From: an uncultured Spirochaetota bacterium
GTDB lineage: Bacteria; Spirochaetota; Spirochaetia; SZUA-6; Fen-1364
NCBI GenBank assembly: GCA_963781885.1
Contig: CAWAHW010000001.1
Location: forward strand, 256,001 to 320,000
Reading direction: 5' to 3'
DNA: 64,000 nt
Shown one piece after another: positions 49,173 through 62,016 of the stretch. The notes beneath the pieces are model-generated. The model was given only the letters and a program-made list of their open reading frames with translations. It was not told the origin of the DNA and did not search any database. The position numbers and the translations under genes are program-made. The stretch's first letter is position 1; each line of letters starts with the position of its first letter.

Positions 49173-50036
49173 TTATGCGAGGATTTGGAGGATTCTTTCC
49201 AGGTCGTCGGAAGAAAAATAGGATATCTGTATTCGCCCCTTGCTTCCCGTGCCATGCACTTCGACCTTTGTTCCCAGCTTTTCTATAAGCTTCTGCTCCA
49301 GCTCCTGAATCTCGGGTTCTTTTCGGATGCTGGACGCAACGCCGCTGCCCGAAGACCTTCCTTTGCCCTTCTTTCCCTTGTTGAAGGATGCGGCAACATC
49401 TTCGGCTTCTCTTACGGAAAGACCGTTTTCCACGATGCGTCGGAGCAGCACGTGCTGGTCGCCGGTATTCACCAGCGCCAGGAGGGCGCGCGCGTGACCT
49501 GCCGTGATCAGGCCGTGGGAAAGCGCCTCGCGCGATTCCTCGGGAAGCTTCAGCAGGCGCAGCGTATTGGCAACGGTGGACCTGTCCTTGCCCACGCGCG
49601 CGGCGACCTGCTCCTGGCTCAGCTCGGCGATATCCATGAGCCGCCGATAGGCAAGCGCCTCCTCGATCGGCGTGAGGTCCTCCCGCTGGACATTTTCGAT
49701 CAGCGCGATCTCCAGTTTTTCCTGCGCGCTGAAGCGGCGCACGATGACGGGTACCTTCTGCATGCCCGCGAGCCTTGCGGCCCGCGCCCGCCGCTCGCCC
49801 GCGACGATGATGTAGCTGCCGTCGACGTCCTGTTCGGCGAGTATGGGCTGCAGGATGCCTTTTTCTTTTATCGACTGCGCGAGCTCCTTCAGCGTCGCCT
49901 CGTCGAATGACTGCCGCGGCTGCTGGGGACCGGGCTTCAGCGACCCGAGCGCGACCTCCGTGACCGGCGCTTCATCCTGGGCGTCGTTCTCGCCGAGCAG
50001 GGCGCCAATGCCCTTGCCGAGCGCTCTCTTAGACAT
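49173..50036 (-). CDS. parB: Chromosome partitioning protein ParB
   Basis: ALGKGIGALL, QPR..F, AGERRARA, IENVQREDL, RSTVANTLRLL and GHARALL. Confidence 0.95.
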   Translation of the reverse strand: MSKRALGKGIGALLGENDAQDEAPVTEVALGSLKPGPQQPRQSFDEATLKELAQSIKEKGILQPILAEQDVDGSYIIVAGERRARAARLAGMQKVPVIVRRFSAQEKLEIALIENVQREDLTPIEEALAYRRLMDIAELSQEQVAARVGKDRSTVANTLRLLKLPEESREALSHGLITAGHARALLALVNTGDQHVLLRRIVENGLSVREAEDVAASFNKGKKGKGRSSGSGVASSIRKEPEIQELEQKLIEKLGTKVEVHGTGSKGRIQISYFSSDDLERILQILA

Positions 50037-50784
50037 TGAGGAGCACCTCCTCGGCGAGCTTCTGGTAGCTGCGGGCGCCGATGCATTCGGGGTCGTACTG
50101 GTTGATCGGCTTGGCAAATGAAGGGGCTTCGCTCAGCCGCACGTTGCGGGGGATGATCGTGCGGAACACCTTTTCCTTGAAGTAGCCCGTGACCTCCTGC
50201 ACGACGTCGTGGGCGAGCTTCGTGCGCTGGTCGTACATCGTGAAGAGGATCCCGCCGATCTTCAGCTCCGTGTTCAGCGCTTTCTGCACCCTATTCACCG
50301 TTTTCAGGAGCAGGCTCAGCCCCTCCAGGGCGAAGTATTCGCACTGCAGCGGGATGATGACGGAGTTGGCCGCGACAAGGCCGTTCAGCGTCAGGAGGCC
50401 CAGCGATGGCGGGCAGTCGATGAAGATGTAGTCGAAACGGTCGCAGAGAGGCGCGAGAGATCGCTTGAGGAAATACTCCCGCTCGTCTTGGTCGACGAGC
50501 TCCACCGTGGCGCCCGTGAGGTCGATGGTCGAGGGGATGATCGAGAGATTGGGCACCGAGCAGGTCTGGATGGCATCGTCCACCGACGCCTTTCCCATGA
50601 TCACCTCGTAGATGCCCTGCCGGTCACGGGCGGCGCCGACGGAGCTCGTCGTGTTACTCTGGGGATCGAAGTCCACGAGGAGGACGCGCTTGCCGGCCTC
50701 AGCAAGGTAGGCGCCGAGATTCACCGCCGTGGTGGTCTTTCCCACGCCCCCCTTCTGGTTGGCAAAAACTATCGTCTTCCCCAT
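50029..50784 (-). CDS. parA: Chromosome partitioning ATPase ParA/Soj
   Basis: NQKGGVGKTTT, DPQ, IDCPPSLG, PLQCEYFALEG and IPRNVRLSEAPS. Confidence 0.95.
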   Translation of the reverse strand: MGKTIVFANQKGGVGKTTTAVNLGAYLAEAGKRVLLVDFDPQSNTTSSVGAARDRQGIYEVIMGKASVDDAIQTCSVPNLSIIPSTIDLTGATVELVDQDEREYFLKRSLAPLCDRFDYIFIDCPPSLGLLTLNGLVAANSVIIPLQCEYFALEGLSLLLKTVNRVQKALNTELKIGGILFTMYDQRTKLAHDVVQEVTGYFKEKVFRTIIPRNVRLSEAPSFAKPINQYDPECIGARSYQKLAEEVLLNV

Positions 50785-50966
50785 CGCAAGAGGAATATCC
50801 CATTTTCCGGGCGGTGGCAATAGAAGTAGACACCTGTATGCTGAACCTTCGTAGGGCATTTCCACGCCGTTTCCCGAAAAAAAATGGCTCTTGCGTCCGC
50901 AGGGGACTTGCGTTATACCAATGCTTCGCCAACAATCAGTTTGCAGCATCTCTGGGAGGGGAAAAC

Positions 50967-53069
50967 GTGTTTGTATCGATTAAAAAGCGCAATGGCGTCA
51001 TTGCTTCCTTTCGCCCTGACAAGATTACAACAGCGATCAAACGAGCAGGCGAAGCGACCGGAGAGCTCGACGAGGAGACAGCCGCACGGCTCACGCTGCG
51101 CGTGCTGAATCTCGCCCAGCAGGCGCTTCCGGGCAGCATCCCGTCCGTCGAGCAGATCCAGGACATCGTGGAGGAGGTGCTCATCTCCTCCCAGTTCAAG
51201 CGCACGGCAAAGGCCTACATCATCTACCGCGAGCAGCACGCCCGCATCCGCGAGATCGTCTCTCGCGCGGACGTCGACCTGATCGACCGCTATCTCGACA
51301 GGGCCGACTGGCAGGTCAATGAAAACTCGAACATGGGCTACTCCCTGCAGGGACTGAACAACTACGTCTCTTCGGAGATCAGCAAGATCTACTGGCTGAA
51401 CAAGATCTATCCGCCGGCAATACGTCTGGCCCATTCCGAAGGAGATTTCCACCTCCACGATCTGGGCATCCTTTCGGTCTATTGCGTGGGATGGGACCTG
51501 GAGGACCTGCTCGCGCAGGGATTCGGCGGCGCGGCGGGCAAGGTGGAGAGCAAGCCCGCGCGCCATTTGAGAAGCGCGCTCGGCCAGGTCGTGAACTTTT
51601 TCTACACGCTCCAGGGCGAGGCGGCGGGCGCCCAGGCCTTCTCCCACTTCGACACGCTCCTCGCTCCCTTCATCCGCTACGATCGCCTCGGCTTCGACGA
51701 GGTGAAGCAGGCGCTCCAGGAGTTCGTCTTCAACATCAACGTGCCCACGCGCGTCGGCTTCCAGACCCCTTTCACCAACATCACGATGGACCTCAAGGTG
51801 CCCTCGATGTTCCGCGACAAGCCCGTGATTGTGGGCGGCGAATACCAGGAGGCCGCCTACGGGGAGTTCGAGAAGGAGATGGCGGTCTTCAATCATGCTT
51901 TCCTGGAGGTGCTCGCCGAGGGGGACGCCAAGGGGCGCGTTTTCACGTTCCCCATACCGACCTACAACATCACCAAGGACTTCGACTGGGACGACCCGGC
52001 GCTCGACGTGCTCTGGCGCGTCACGGCGCGGTACGGCATCCCCTACTTCTCCAACTTCGTGAACTCCGACATGTCCCCCGAGGACACCCGCTCGATGTGC
52101 TGCCGGCTGCGTCTGGACATCCGCGGCCTGGAAGGCGAGAAGTCGCTTGCGAAGCGCGGGGGCGGCCTCTTCGGCGCCAACCCGCTCACGGGGTCGATCG
52201 GCGTGGTCACCATCAACATGCCGCGCCTGGGCTATCTGTCCGCTGACGAGGGCGAGCTCCTTCAGCGCCTTGGCGAGCTCATGGATCTCGCCAGCACATC
52301 GCTGGAGATCAAGCGCAAGATGCTTGAAAGCTTCACGGATGGGAACCTCTATCCTTACACGCGATATTACCTCCGCGGCATCCGGGAGCGAACCGGCCGG
52401 TACTGGAAGAATCACTTCTCCACGATCGGGCTGGTGGGTCTCAATGAGGCCTGCGTGAACCTCACGGGCGTCAACCTGGGCTCGGAGTCGGGCCAGCTCT
52501 TTGCCCTGCGCGTGTTGGACTACATGCGGGAGAAGCTCCTTTCATACCAGGAAAAAACGGGCAACAACTACAACCTGGAAGCCACCCCTGCCGAAGGGAC
52601 CTCCTACCGGCTTGCGAAGATCGACGCGGAGAAGTATCCCGGCATCAAGTTCGGAAACGACGGCGAGGCGTCGCAGAAGCCGTTCTACACGAACTCATCG
52701 CAGCTTCCCGTTCAGTACTCGGATGACCTCTTCGAGGTGCTCGACCTGCAGGACGAGATCCAGACCAAGTACACCGGCGGCACGGTCGTGCACCTCTTCG
52801 TCGGCGAGGAGATCTCCGACCCGCGCAATGTGCGGAAGCTCGTGAAGCTCATCTGCGAGCGCTACCACCTGCCCTATTTCACCATCACTCCGACATTCAG
52901 CGTCTGCCCGACGCACGGGTACCTGGCGGGCCGGCAGGAAAAATGCCCGACCTGCGGTGCAGTCTCCGAGGTGTATTCGCGCGTGGTGGGTTACCTTCGG
53001 CCCGTCAATCAGTGGAACGAGGGCAAGGCAGAGGAGTTCAAGGCGCGGAAGACCTTCAAGCTCGCCTGA
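50967..53069 (+). CDS. nrdD: Class III anaerobic ribonucleoside-triphosphate reductase with ATP cone
   Basis: GTG after GGAGG; IKKRNG ATP cone, SMCCRL, EATPAEG, CPTHG..CPTC and the glycyl-radical motif YSRVVGY. Confidence 0.93.
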   Translation: MFVSIKKRNGVIASFRPDKITTAIKRAGEATGELDEETAARLTLRVLNLAQQALPGSIPSVEQIQDIVEEVLISSQFKRTAKAYIIYREQHARIREIVSRADVDLIDRYLDRADWQVNENSNMGYSLQGLNNYVSSEISKIYWLNKIYPPAIRLAHSEGDFHLHDLGILSVYCVGWDLEDLLAQGFGGAAGKVESKPARHLRSALGQVVNFFYTLQGEAAGAQAFSHFDTLLAPFIRYDRLGFDEVKQALQEFVFNINVPTRVGFQTPFTNITMDLKVPSMFRDKPVIVGGEYQEAAYGEFEKEMAVFNHAFLEVLAEGDAKGRVFTFPIPTYNITKDFDWDDPALDVLWRVTARYGIPYFSNFVNSDMSPEDTRSMCCRLRLDIRGLEGEKSLAKRGGGLFGANPLTGSIGVVTINMPRLGYLSADEGELLQRLGELMDLASTSLEIKRKMLESFTDGNLYPYTRYYLRGIRERTGRYWKNHFSTIGLVGLNEACVNLTGVNLGSESGQLFALRVLDYMREKLLSYQEKTGNNYNLEATPAEGTSYRLAKIDAEKYPGIKFGNDGEASQKPFYTNSSQLPVQYSDDLFEVLDLQDEIQTKYTGGTVVHLFVGEEISDPRNVRKLVKLICERYHLPYFTITPTFSVCPTHGYLAGRQEKCPTCGAVSEVYSRVVGYLRPVNQWNEGKAEEFKARKTFKLA

Positions 53070-53095
53070 GTGGGTCGGGTCCGTCCTAAGAAGCA

Positions 53096-53785
53096 ATGCG
53101 AATCGGTGGCTTCCAGAAATTCTCACTCGCCGATTTCCCGGGGCGCATCTCCTCGATCATTTTCACGCTCGGCTGCGGATTCCGCTGCCCATTCTGCCAC
53201 AATCCTGAGCTCGTGGATCCTGCCCGGGCGCCTGCGGAAATACCGCTGGAGACGGTGCTCGCCTTTCTCGACTCGCGCAAAGGCATGGTCGATGGGGTGG
53301 TCGTGACCGGCGGCGAGCCGACGCTCCACACGGACCTACCCGATCTGCTGGGGAAACTGAAGCAGCGGGGCTTCGCCGTGAAGCTCGACACCAACGGCAC
53401 CAACCCCGCCATGCTCGAAAAGCTCGCGAGCGAAGGTCTGGTCGATTACATCGCGATGGACATCAAGGCCCCGCTCGCGGCTTATGACCGGGTCGTGCGC
53501 GCCGCGGTGGACACCGAGTCGATTCGCAGAAGCATCGATATCGTCCTGGCCGCGGGGCTCGCCTATGAGCTTCGCACCACTTACGTGGAATCGCTTCTCT
53601 CAGTTGAAGATATGCTGGGGATCGTGCCTCTCGTGCGCGGCTGCGCGCGCTACGTCCTGCAGCGCTTTCAACCGACAAAATCGCTCGACGCCGCAATGCT
53701 TGATCAAGAGCCCTCTGCAGAAGCCTCTCTTTCCCACATCCAGGGCCTGATGGAATCTGCCGGCATCCCTGCAAGCGTGAGGTAG
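53096..53785 (+). CDS. nrdG: Anaerobic RNR activating radical-SAM protein
   Basis: CGFRCPFCHN, TGGEPT, KLDTNG and AMDIK; follows nrdD. Confidence 0.92.
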   Translation: MRIGGFQKFSLADFPGRISSIIFTLGCGFRCPFCHNPELVDPARAPAEIPLETVLAFLDSRKGMVDGVVVTGGEPTLHTDLPDLLGKLKQRGFAVKLDTNGTNPAMLEKLASEGLVDYIAMDIKAPLAAYDRVVRAAVDTESIRRSIDIVLAAGLAYELRTTYVESLLSVEDMLGIVPLVRGCARYVLQRFQPTKSLDAAMLDQEPSAEASLSHIQGLMESAGIPASVR

Positions 53786-53820
53786 GCAGGGCGAGCCAGG
53801 CGCGGCGGGAACGAGGCCCC

Positions 53821-55341
53821 TCAGCCCAGCACCACCTGCTCCGCGGTGACGATAGCGGCATGCAGCTCGGCCGGGGTCGCCGCGTCCTCGAGCCTCCCCT
53901 CCAGGAAATCGCTTTCGAATATGCCGGCGATATGAGACAGCAGGATCTGGTGGATGCGTGGGGTATCCGCGGGTGTCACGAGGATGAAAAGCAGGTTGAT
54001 ATCTTCGCCGGGCACGGGAGCCGGCATGGGTGTCTTCATGCGCGCGACGATTACCATGGGGTTTGCCAGGCGCTGGAGACGTGCATGCGGGATGGCGAGA
54101 CGTTTGCCGACATAGCTGCTGCCCAGTCTTTCGCGGTCGGCAACCGAGAGGATGATGGCATCCCGTGACACCGGGAGGTCGGAGACCTTTATCCGCTGCA
54201 GAGCGTTGCGTGTCGCGGCAAGCACCGTGGTGCCTTCCACATCGAGCAGTGTGTGCTCGGGCGTGAGGAGATCGGAAAGACGGATGCTGGGCTCCGTCGG
54301 ATATTCCTCCTCAACGGTCCCGATCACTTCCTCTATCGCGTCCTCCAATGTGATGATGCCCGACCACTTGCCTTCCTCCGCGTAGACAATCGCCATGTGT
54401 GCCGCCTTGCGCTGCATCTCGGAGAGGCGCTGCTCCAGCGGATCCATCTCCCGGAATTTCAGACACGGCCGTACGAATGTCCGCAGGTCGTCGCTGTGCC
54501 GGCCCGCGAGCTCGGCGAGCAGGATGTCCTTCACGTGGATGAATCCCAACGGCTCGTTCGGGTCGTTGCCGATCAGCGGGTAGCGCGAATAGCGATACTC
54601 GGCGATCAGCGCGTCGTTTTCCGCCTGGGTCGCCATGAGGCTGAGACAGCGCACGAGCCGCCGGGCCCGCATGGCGTTCCTGACCGTCAGAGTGCCCATG
54701 TCCAGCACGTTCTCCATGTGCAGGAGCCTCCGGAAAGAGAGCATGCCGCTTTCCTGCGACTGGTCGAGGATGATCTTGATCTCTTCCTCAGAGTGCCCTC
54801 CCGCGGAAGTGGCCAGGGGAACGCGCAGCAGCCACAGCAGGGCCCGCACCGACTTGTTGAGAAGCCATATGGGCGCGATGAAGATGTAGCGGATCATGAT
54901 GAGCGCGCGCGCCGTCAGGAGCGCCGCCCGCACGGTCCCGCGGATGGCAAGGGACTTGGGAAAGAGCTCACCCAGCACGATGTGCAGATAGGAGACGACA
55001 AGGTAGGCTGCCACGATCGAAACCGAATGGGCAGTAATCCGTGCGGCGGTGACGGGGATACCCACCCAGAGCACCGCCGGCATGAGAAGCTCCGCGAATG
55101 CCGGTTCTCCAACAAAGCCCAGTCCGATGCTCGCGAGCGTTATGCCTACCTGGAAGACCGGCAGGTATGCGTCGAGATTCGCCTGAATTTTTTCCACCAA
55201 CCGCGCGCTGCGGTGCCCCGACTCGACAAGGGCCTCGATCTGGGTGGGCCGCACCTTGACGATGGCGAACTCTGCAAGCACGAAGAAGGCGTTGAGGAGG
55301 ATGAGGAGAAAGGCAAAGATGATGTACCAAGCGAGCGGCAT
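53821..55341 (-). CDS. CNNM/hemolysin-type CBS membrane protein with C-terminal PTS EIIA-type-2 domain
   Basis: NAFFVLAEFA, QVGITL, HIVLGELFPK, YSRYP and GIITLED; tail RERLGSS..G..LAIPHAR...HQILLSHIA. Confidence 0.85.
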   Translation of the reverse strand: MPLAWYIIFAFLLILLNAFFVLAEFAIVKVRPTQIEALVESGHRSARLVEKIQANLDAYLPVFQVGITLASIGLGFVGEPAFAELLMPAVLWVGIPVTAARITAHSVSIVAAYLVVSYLHIVLGELFPKSLAIRGTVRAALLTARALIMIRYIFIAPIWLLNKSVRALLWLLRVPLATSAGGHSEEEIKIILDQSQESGMLSFRRLLHMENVLDMGTLTVRNAMRARRLVRCLSLMATQAENDALIAEYRYSRYPLIGNDPNEPLGFIHVKDILLAELAGRHSDDLRTFVRPCLKFREMDPLEQRLSEMQRKAAHMAIVYAEEGKWSGIITLEDAIEEVIGTVEEEYPTEPSIRLSDLLTPEHTLLDVEGTTVLAATRNALQRIKVSDLPVSRDAIILSVADRERLGSSYVGKRLAIPHARLQRLANPMVIVARMKTPMPAPVPGEDINLLFILVTPADTPRIHQILLSHIAGIFESDFLEGRLEDAATPAELHAAIVTAEQVVLG

Positions 55342-55400
55342 AGGACCCTGGCTCGATTGTAGCGGATTCAGGGCCCGCTCGTCACCGCCGCCATGCCGTA

Positions 55401-55416
55401 TGTTTCACGTGAAACA
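55401..55416. promoter_or_regulatory. parS site (perfect palindrome)
   Basis: TGTTTCACGTGAAACA matches the canonical parS. Confidence 0.92.
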
Positions 55417-55459
55417 TTCCGGTGTGCCACTATCAGGGACGGTCGGGGCACACCTGCAA

Positions 55460-55475
55460 TGTTTCCCGTGAAACA
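55460..55475. promoter_or_regulatory. parS site (one mismatch)
   Basis: TGTTTCCCGTGAAACA. Confidence 0.85.
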
Positions 55476-55510
55476 TGCGGCCCCGCCGCGGCCTGCGGCG
55501 AGCGCTTCCC

Positions 55511-57967
55511 TCAGCTCTCCGCGGGCGTTTCCCCGTTCTGCTCTTCCTTCACCACGCGCGCCACGCCCACGACGACATCAGGTTTCGTGATGTTGACGAT
55601 ACGCACGCCCATGGCGTTCTTGCCGAGCGTGGAGACCTCAGCGAGCCGGAGCTTCAAGGCATTGCCCTGCGAGGTGATGCAGACCAGGTCATCCCGGTCA
55701 CTCACGGAGAGGACACCGACGAGCTCCCCGGTCTTTTCCGTCACCCGGTAGCAGATCTGGCCGCGCGTCCCTCGACCGTGGGGCGAGAAGTTGTCGTACT
55801 CCGTGCGTTTGCCGAAGCCGAACTCGCTGAGGAGAAGCATCTGCTCCCCTTCCGTCACCATGGCGACGCCGGACAGCTCATCCTTGTCGGAGAGCCTGAT
55901 GCCCTGCACGCCGTGGGAGGCGCGGCCCATGGCCCGCACCGATTCTTCCCCGAAACGCAGGGCATTGCCCTTGCGCGTCACGAGCACCACCTCATTCTTG
56001 CCGGAGGTGAGGAGCGCCGTCACCAGGCCGTCTCCCTGGTCCAGATTGATGGCGACGATGCCGCGCGTCTTTGCATTTGCAAAGTCGGAGATGGCAACCT
56101 TCTTCACGACGCCCCGTCGAGTGGCCATGAGCACGAAGCGTTCATCCGTGAAGTTGCGCAGGCTCACCACAGCGGTGATCTCCTCCTCGCTTCCCAGGGA
56201 CAGAAGCACCTTGATGCTCTGGCCCTTTGCCTGACGGCTGCTCTCCGGTATCTCGTGCACCTTCACCCAGTACGCCTTGCCCTGGTTGGTGATGAAGAGC
56301 ACGAAGTCATGCGTGGAGGCGATGAAGAACTGCTCGATGAAGTCGTCTTCCTTGAGGAGCGCCGAAGACGAGCCCTTGCCGCCCCTGCCCTGCCTGCGAT
56401 AGGCCGTGACGGGAATGCGTTTGATGTAGCCGCGGTTGGAGATGAGGATTGCCATGTCCTCTTCCGTGATCAGGTCCTCGACATTGATCTCCTCCGCCTC
56501 TTCCTCCACGATCTCCGTGCGCCGGTCATCCCCGAACTTCTTCGAGATCTCCTCCGTCTCTTCCTTCACGACGCCAAGGATCTTCTGCTCGCTTGAAAGC
56601 AGGTCTTTCAGGTGCTCGATGAGGGCCAGCACCTCGGTGAGCTCGTCGACGATCTTCTGCACCTCGAGGCTGGTCAGGCGCTGGAGGCGCATGTCAAGAA
56701 TGGCCTGCGCCTGCTTCTCCGAGAAGGCGAAGCGCTCCATGAGGGCCAGACGAGCCTGCTCGGTGTTCGCCGACTTCTTGATGATGGCGATCACCTCGTC
56801 GATATTGTCCAACGCGATCTTCAGGCCCCGCAGGATGTGGGCGCGTTCCTCCGCGCGCGCAAGGTCGAACCGTGTGCGCCGGGTGACCACCTCCTGGCGA
56901 TGGGCGATGAAGTACTGGAGCATCTCCCGGAGCGACAGTGTCTTCGGAAGGCCTTTCACCAGCGCGAGATTGTTCACGCCGAACGCCGTCTGCATCTGCG
57001 TGTGGGCGAAAAGCTGGTTGAGGATGACCTTGGGCGAGACGCCCTTGCGCAAATCTATGACGATCCGCATCCCGTGCCGGTCCGATTCATCGTTCAGGTC
57101 GACGATGCCGTCGATCTTCTTTTCCTTCACGAGGTCCGCGATGCGGATGATGAGGGCCGACTTGTTCACCTGGTAGGGAATCTCCGTGACGATGATGGAG
57201 TCACGGCCGGCGCTTGAGCTTTCCACTGTGACCTTCGAGCGCACAATGACCTTGCCGCGCCCGGTCAGGTACGCGTCCCGGATTCCCTTGCGCCCAAGGA
57301 TGATGCCGCCCGTGGGAAAGTCCGGTCCCCTCACGAGCTTCAGCAGCTCCTCCGCGGGCGCCGCGGGGTCGTCGATCAGCCTCACGAGCGCCGCGCAGAT
57401 CTCGCGCAGATTCTGCGGCGGGATGTTCGTGGCCATGCCGACCGCGATGCCGCTGGAGCCGTTGGCAAGCAGAAAGGGAAATGCCGCGGGCAGGACAAGG
57501 GGCTCGGTCTGGGAGCCATCGTAGTTGGGGCCGAAATCGACGGTGTCCTTGTTGATGTCGCGGAGCATTTCCTCCGCGATGCGGTTCATGCGCGCCTCGG
57601 TGTACCTCACCGCGGCGGGAGGATCCCCGTCCACGGAGCCGAAGTTGCCCTGCCCGTCCACCACCGGGTAGCGCATGTTGAAATCCTGGGCCAGGCGGAC
57701 CAGGGAGTCGTAGACGGCGAGGTCTCCGTGCGGGTGATATTTGCCCAGGACGTCGCCGACAATGCGCGCGCACTTTTTGTGGGGCTTGTCCGCGTGCAGG
57801 CCCATCTCGTTCATGCCGAAGAGGATGCGGCGGTGAACCGGCTTCAACCCGTCGCGTACGTCCGGAAGGGCGCGCGAGACGATGACGGACATTGCATAGG
57901 TGAGATAGGAGGTCCTGACCTCTTCCTCGATGGGCGTCGAGATGGTGCGGGATTTCACATCAGACAC
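55511..57967 (-). CDS. gyrA: DNA gyrase subunit A
   Basis: [26 protein letters not shown] (catalytic Tyr) and the GyrA-box QGRGGKG. Confidence 0.96.
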   Translation of the reverse strand: MSDVKSRTISTPIEEEVRTSYLTYAMSVIVSRALPDVRDGLKPVHRRILFGMNEMGLHADKPHKKCARIVGDVLGKYHPHGDLAVYDSLVRLAQDFNMRYPVVDGQGNFGSVDGDPPAAVRYTEARMNRIAEEMLRDINKDTVDFGPNYDGSQTEPLVLPAAFPFLLANGSSGIAVGMATNIPPQNLREICAALVRLIDDPAAPAEELLKLVRGPDFPTGGIILGRKGIRDAYLTGRGKVIVRSKVTVESSSAGRDSIIVTEIPYQVNKSALIIRIADLVKEKKIDGIVDLNDESDRHGMRIVIDLRKGVSPKVILNQLFAHTQMQTAFGVNNLALVKGLPKTLSLREMLQYFIAHRQEVVTRRTRFDLARAEERAHILRGLKIALDNIDEVIAIIKKSANTEQARLALMERFAFSEKQAQAILDMRLQRLTSLEVQKIVDELTEVLALIEHLKDLLSSEQKILGVVKEETEEISKKFGDDRRTEIVEEEAEEINVEDLITEEDMAILISNRGYIKRIPVTAYRRQGRGGKGSSSALLKEDDFIEQFFIASTHDFVLFITNQGKAYWVKVHEIPESSRQAKGQSIKVLLSLGSEEEITAVVSLRNFTDERFVLMATRRGVVKKVAISDFANAKTRGIVAINLDQGDGLVTALLTSGKNEVVLVTRKGNALRFGEESVRAMGRASHGVQGIRLSDKDELSGVAMVTEGEQMLLLSEFGFGKRTEYDNFSPHGRGTRGQICYRVTEKTGELVGVLSVSDRDDLVCITSQGNALKLRLAEVSTLGKNAMGVRIVNITKPDVVVGVARVVKEEQNGETPAES

Positions 57968-57989
57968 GATTCTCTCTCCTCAGGGCGCC

Positions 57990-60080
<2,091 letters not shown>

Positions 60081-60104
60081 CTACACTGCGGACACGAAAG
60101 GCCG

Positions 60105-60344
60105 TGTGAATAAACTGTGGATAGGCGATGACATATCCCACCCGCCAGACCGGAAAATGCTGGAACACTCGCTATGATACAAAATGTTATATATTTTTCA
60201 GGGACAGTCTTTTAATTAATTGTATAGAATACAATTATAAGCAGCATAGTTTCCGCCGCGATCGCGGCCAGGGTTTTCCCGACATAATTGTCGCCTTGCG
60301 GAAAGCGGCCCGCGTGACCCCCGCTGTTGACAACCTGTGCATAA
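60105..60344. promoter_or_regulatory. oriC part 1 / dnaA promoter region
   Basis: DnaA boxes TGTGAATAA (60105), TGTGGATAG (60116) and TGTGCATAA (60336); AT-rich tract at about 60174-60240. Confidence 0.75.
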
Positions 60345-60370
60345 TCTGGCGATAAGAAGGGGAAAATCTG

Positions 60371-61738
60371 ATGGAGTCGGGCAAGAGAAGCTACGAGAGC
60401 TTCTGGAAGCAGACATTGAAAGACATCGCAGAGGACATTTCCGACCAGGAGTTATCCACCTGGTTTCGGGGCATCGAGTATGTGAGCGGCAGCGACACTC
60501 AGATCACCCTTTCCGTTCCTTCTTCCTTCATCAAGGATCAGATATCACAGCGGTATCTCGCAAAGATGGAAGAAAAGCTGGCGGAATTGGCCGGGCACGA
60601 GCTCTCTGTCAAGTTTTCCATACAGAAGAAGTCGGGAAGCAAGGCTTCTCACGAGGAGCCTAAAGCCGGCGCAAAGGTGGAGGAGGCCTCGACGCGCAAG
60701 CGCCAGCATCCCCAGCTCAACAAGGAATACACCTTCGAGCGTTTCATCATCGGCGAGTCCAACTCTTTCGCGGCAAATGCCTCCCTGGCCATCTCGAAGA
60801 ACCCCGGCACCGGCTACAACCCCTGCCTCATCTACGGCGGGGTCGGGCTGGGAAAGACCCACCTCGTGCAGGCAATCGGCAATTCCGTCTACCGCGAGTT
60901 TCCCGACCTGAAAGTCGCCTACGTGACGGTGGAGACATTCGCCAACGAGTTCATCCTTTCGATACAGAAAAAGACGGGCCACCAGTTCAAGAACAAGTAC
61001 CGGCTCGTGGACGTGCTCCTCATCGACGACATCCAGTTCCTGGAGGGCAAGGAGGGGACGCAGGAAGAGCTCTTCCATACCTTCAACGCCCTCTACGATG
61101 CCAACAAGCAGATGGTGTTCACCTCGGACCGCCCCGTCTCGGAGATCCGCAGCCTTTCGGACAGGCTGCGCAGCAGGTTCGAGCGCGGCCTGAACGTGGA
61201 CCTGCAGCCGCCCAACTACGAAACGCGCATCGCCATCCTCAACCGCAAGGTGGAGGAGAAGAAGGCGAAGATACCCGACGAAGTGGTGGAGCTCATCTGC
61301 CGCAACATCAACACGAATGTGCGGGACCTGGAAAAGGCCCTCACGAAGCTCATTGCCTACGCGGAGCTCGTGAACAAGCACATCACGCTGGAGATCGCCC
61401 GACAGCAGCTGAAGGACTTCTTCGCCCAACCCAGCCAGAAGAACATCACCATCGAGCTGATCCAGAAGATCGTCTCGGAATACTTCGGTCTCACCTACAA
61501 GGACCTGCGGGGAAAGCGGCGCACGAAGGCCGTCGCATTCCCGCGCCAGGTTGCGATGTACCTCTCGCGCGAGCTCACCGAGTATTCCACCACGGAAGTC
61601 GGGGGCGAGTTCGGCGGCCGCGACCATACCACGGTCATGCATGCCTGCCAGAAGATCGAAGACCGCATGAAAATCGACCCCAACATCGAGCCGACCCTGC
61701 AGTCCCTTGTGAAGCGAATCAAGGAAAACAATGCGTGA
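60371..61738 (+). CDS. dnaA: Chromosomal replication initiator DnaA
   Basis: GGVGLGKTHL, LLIDDIQF, RLRSRF, NVRDLE and GGRDHTTVMHA. Confidence 0.97.
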   Translation: MESGKRSYESFWKQTLKDIAEDISDQELSTWFRGIEYVSGSDTQITLSVPSSFIKDQISQRYLAKMEEKLAELAGHELSVKFSIQKKSGSKASHEEPKAGAKVEEASTRKRQHPQLNKEYTFERFIIGESNSFAANASLAISKNPGTGYNPCLIYGGVGLGKTHLVQAIGNSVYREFPDLKVAYVTVETFANEFILSIQKKTGHQFKNKYRLVDVLLIDDIQFLEGKEGTQEELFHTFNALYDANKQMVFTSDRPVSEIRSLSDRLRSRFERGLNVDLQPPNYETRIAILNRKVEEKKAKIPDEVVELICRNINTNVRDLEKALTKLIAYAELVNKHITLEIARQQLKDFFAQPSQKNITIELIQKIVSEYFGLTYKDLRGKRRTKAVAFPRQVAMYLSRELTEYSTTEVGGEFGGRDHTTVMHACQKIEDRMKIDPNIEPTLQSLVKRIKENNA

Positions 61739-62001
61739 GCCCTGGGGACGCGATGTGGATAACCCGATGCAACCAGGCCGGCGGTCTGTGGCCTTCTCTG
61801 TTGACAGGAAGGCGCACATTGTGCGAAATCCCCCAGGGGGCATCGTCCAGGGGGCATATGTGGACAACCGGTGGAAAATGACGACCTCTTGTTCCACCTT
61901 GCATCTTCTTGCCGACAAGACACTTGGGCATGCTATCCACAATGCACCGGTGCTTACCGGTACTACGACCGGTTGTTTTTCCCTGAAAATCTAGAAAGAC
62001 A
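61739..62001. promoter_or_regulatory. oriC part 2 (dnaA-dnaN intergenic)
   Basis: DnaA boxes TGTGGATAA (61754), TGTGGACAA (61859) and CTATCCACA (61933), then TACTACGAC and a T/A-rich run. Confidence 0.75.
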
Positions 62002-62016
62002 ATGAAGGAGGAGACG

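Noticed and set aside
50785-50966. NrdR boxes upstream of nrdD
   Set aside because: Only poor matches to the consensus were visible by eye.
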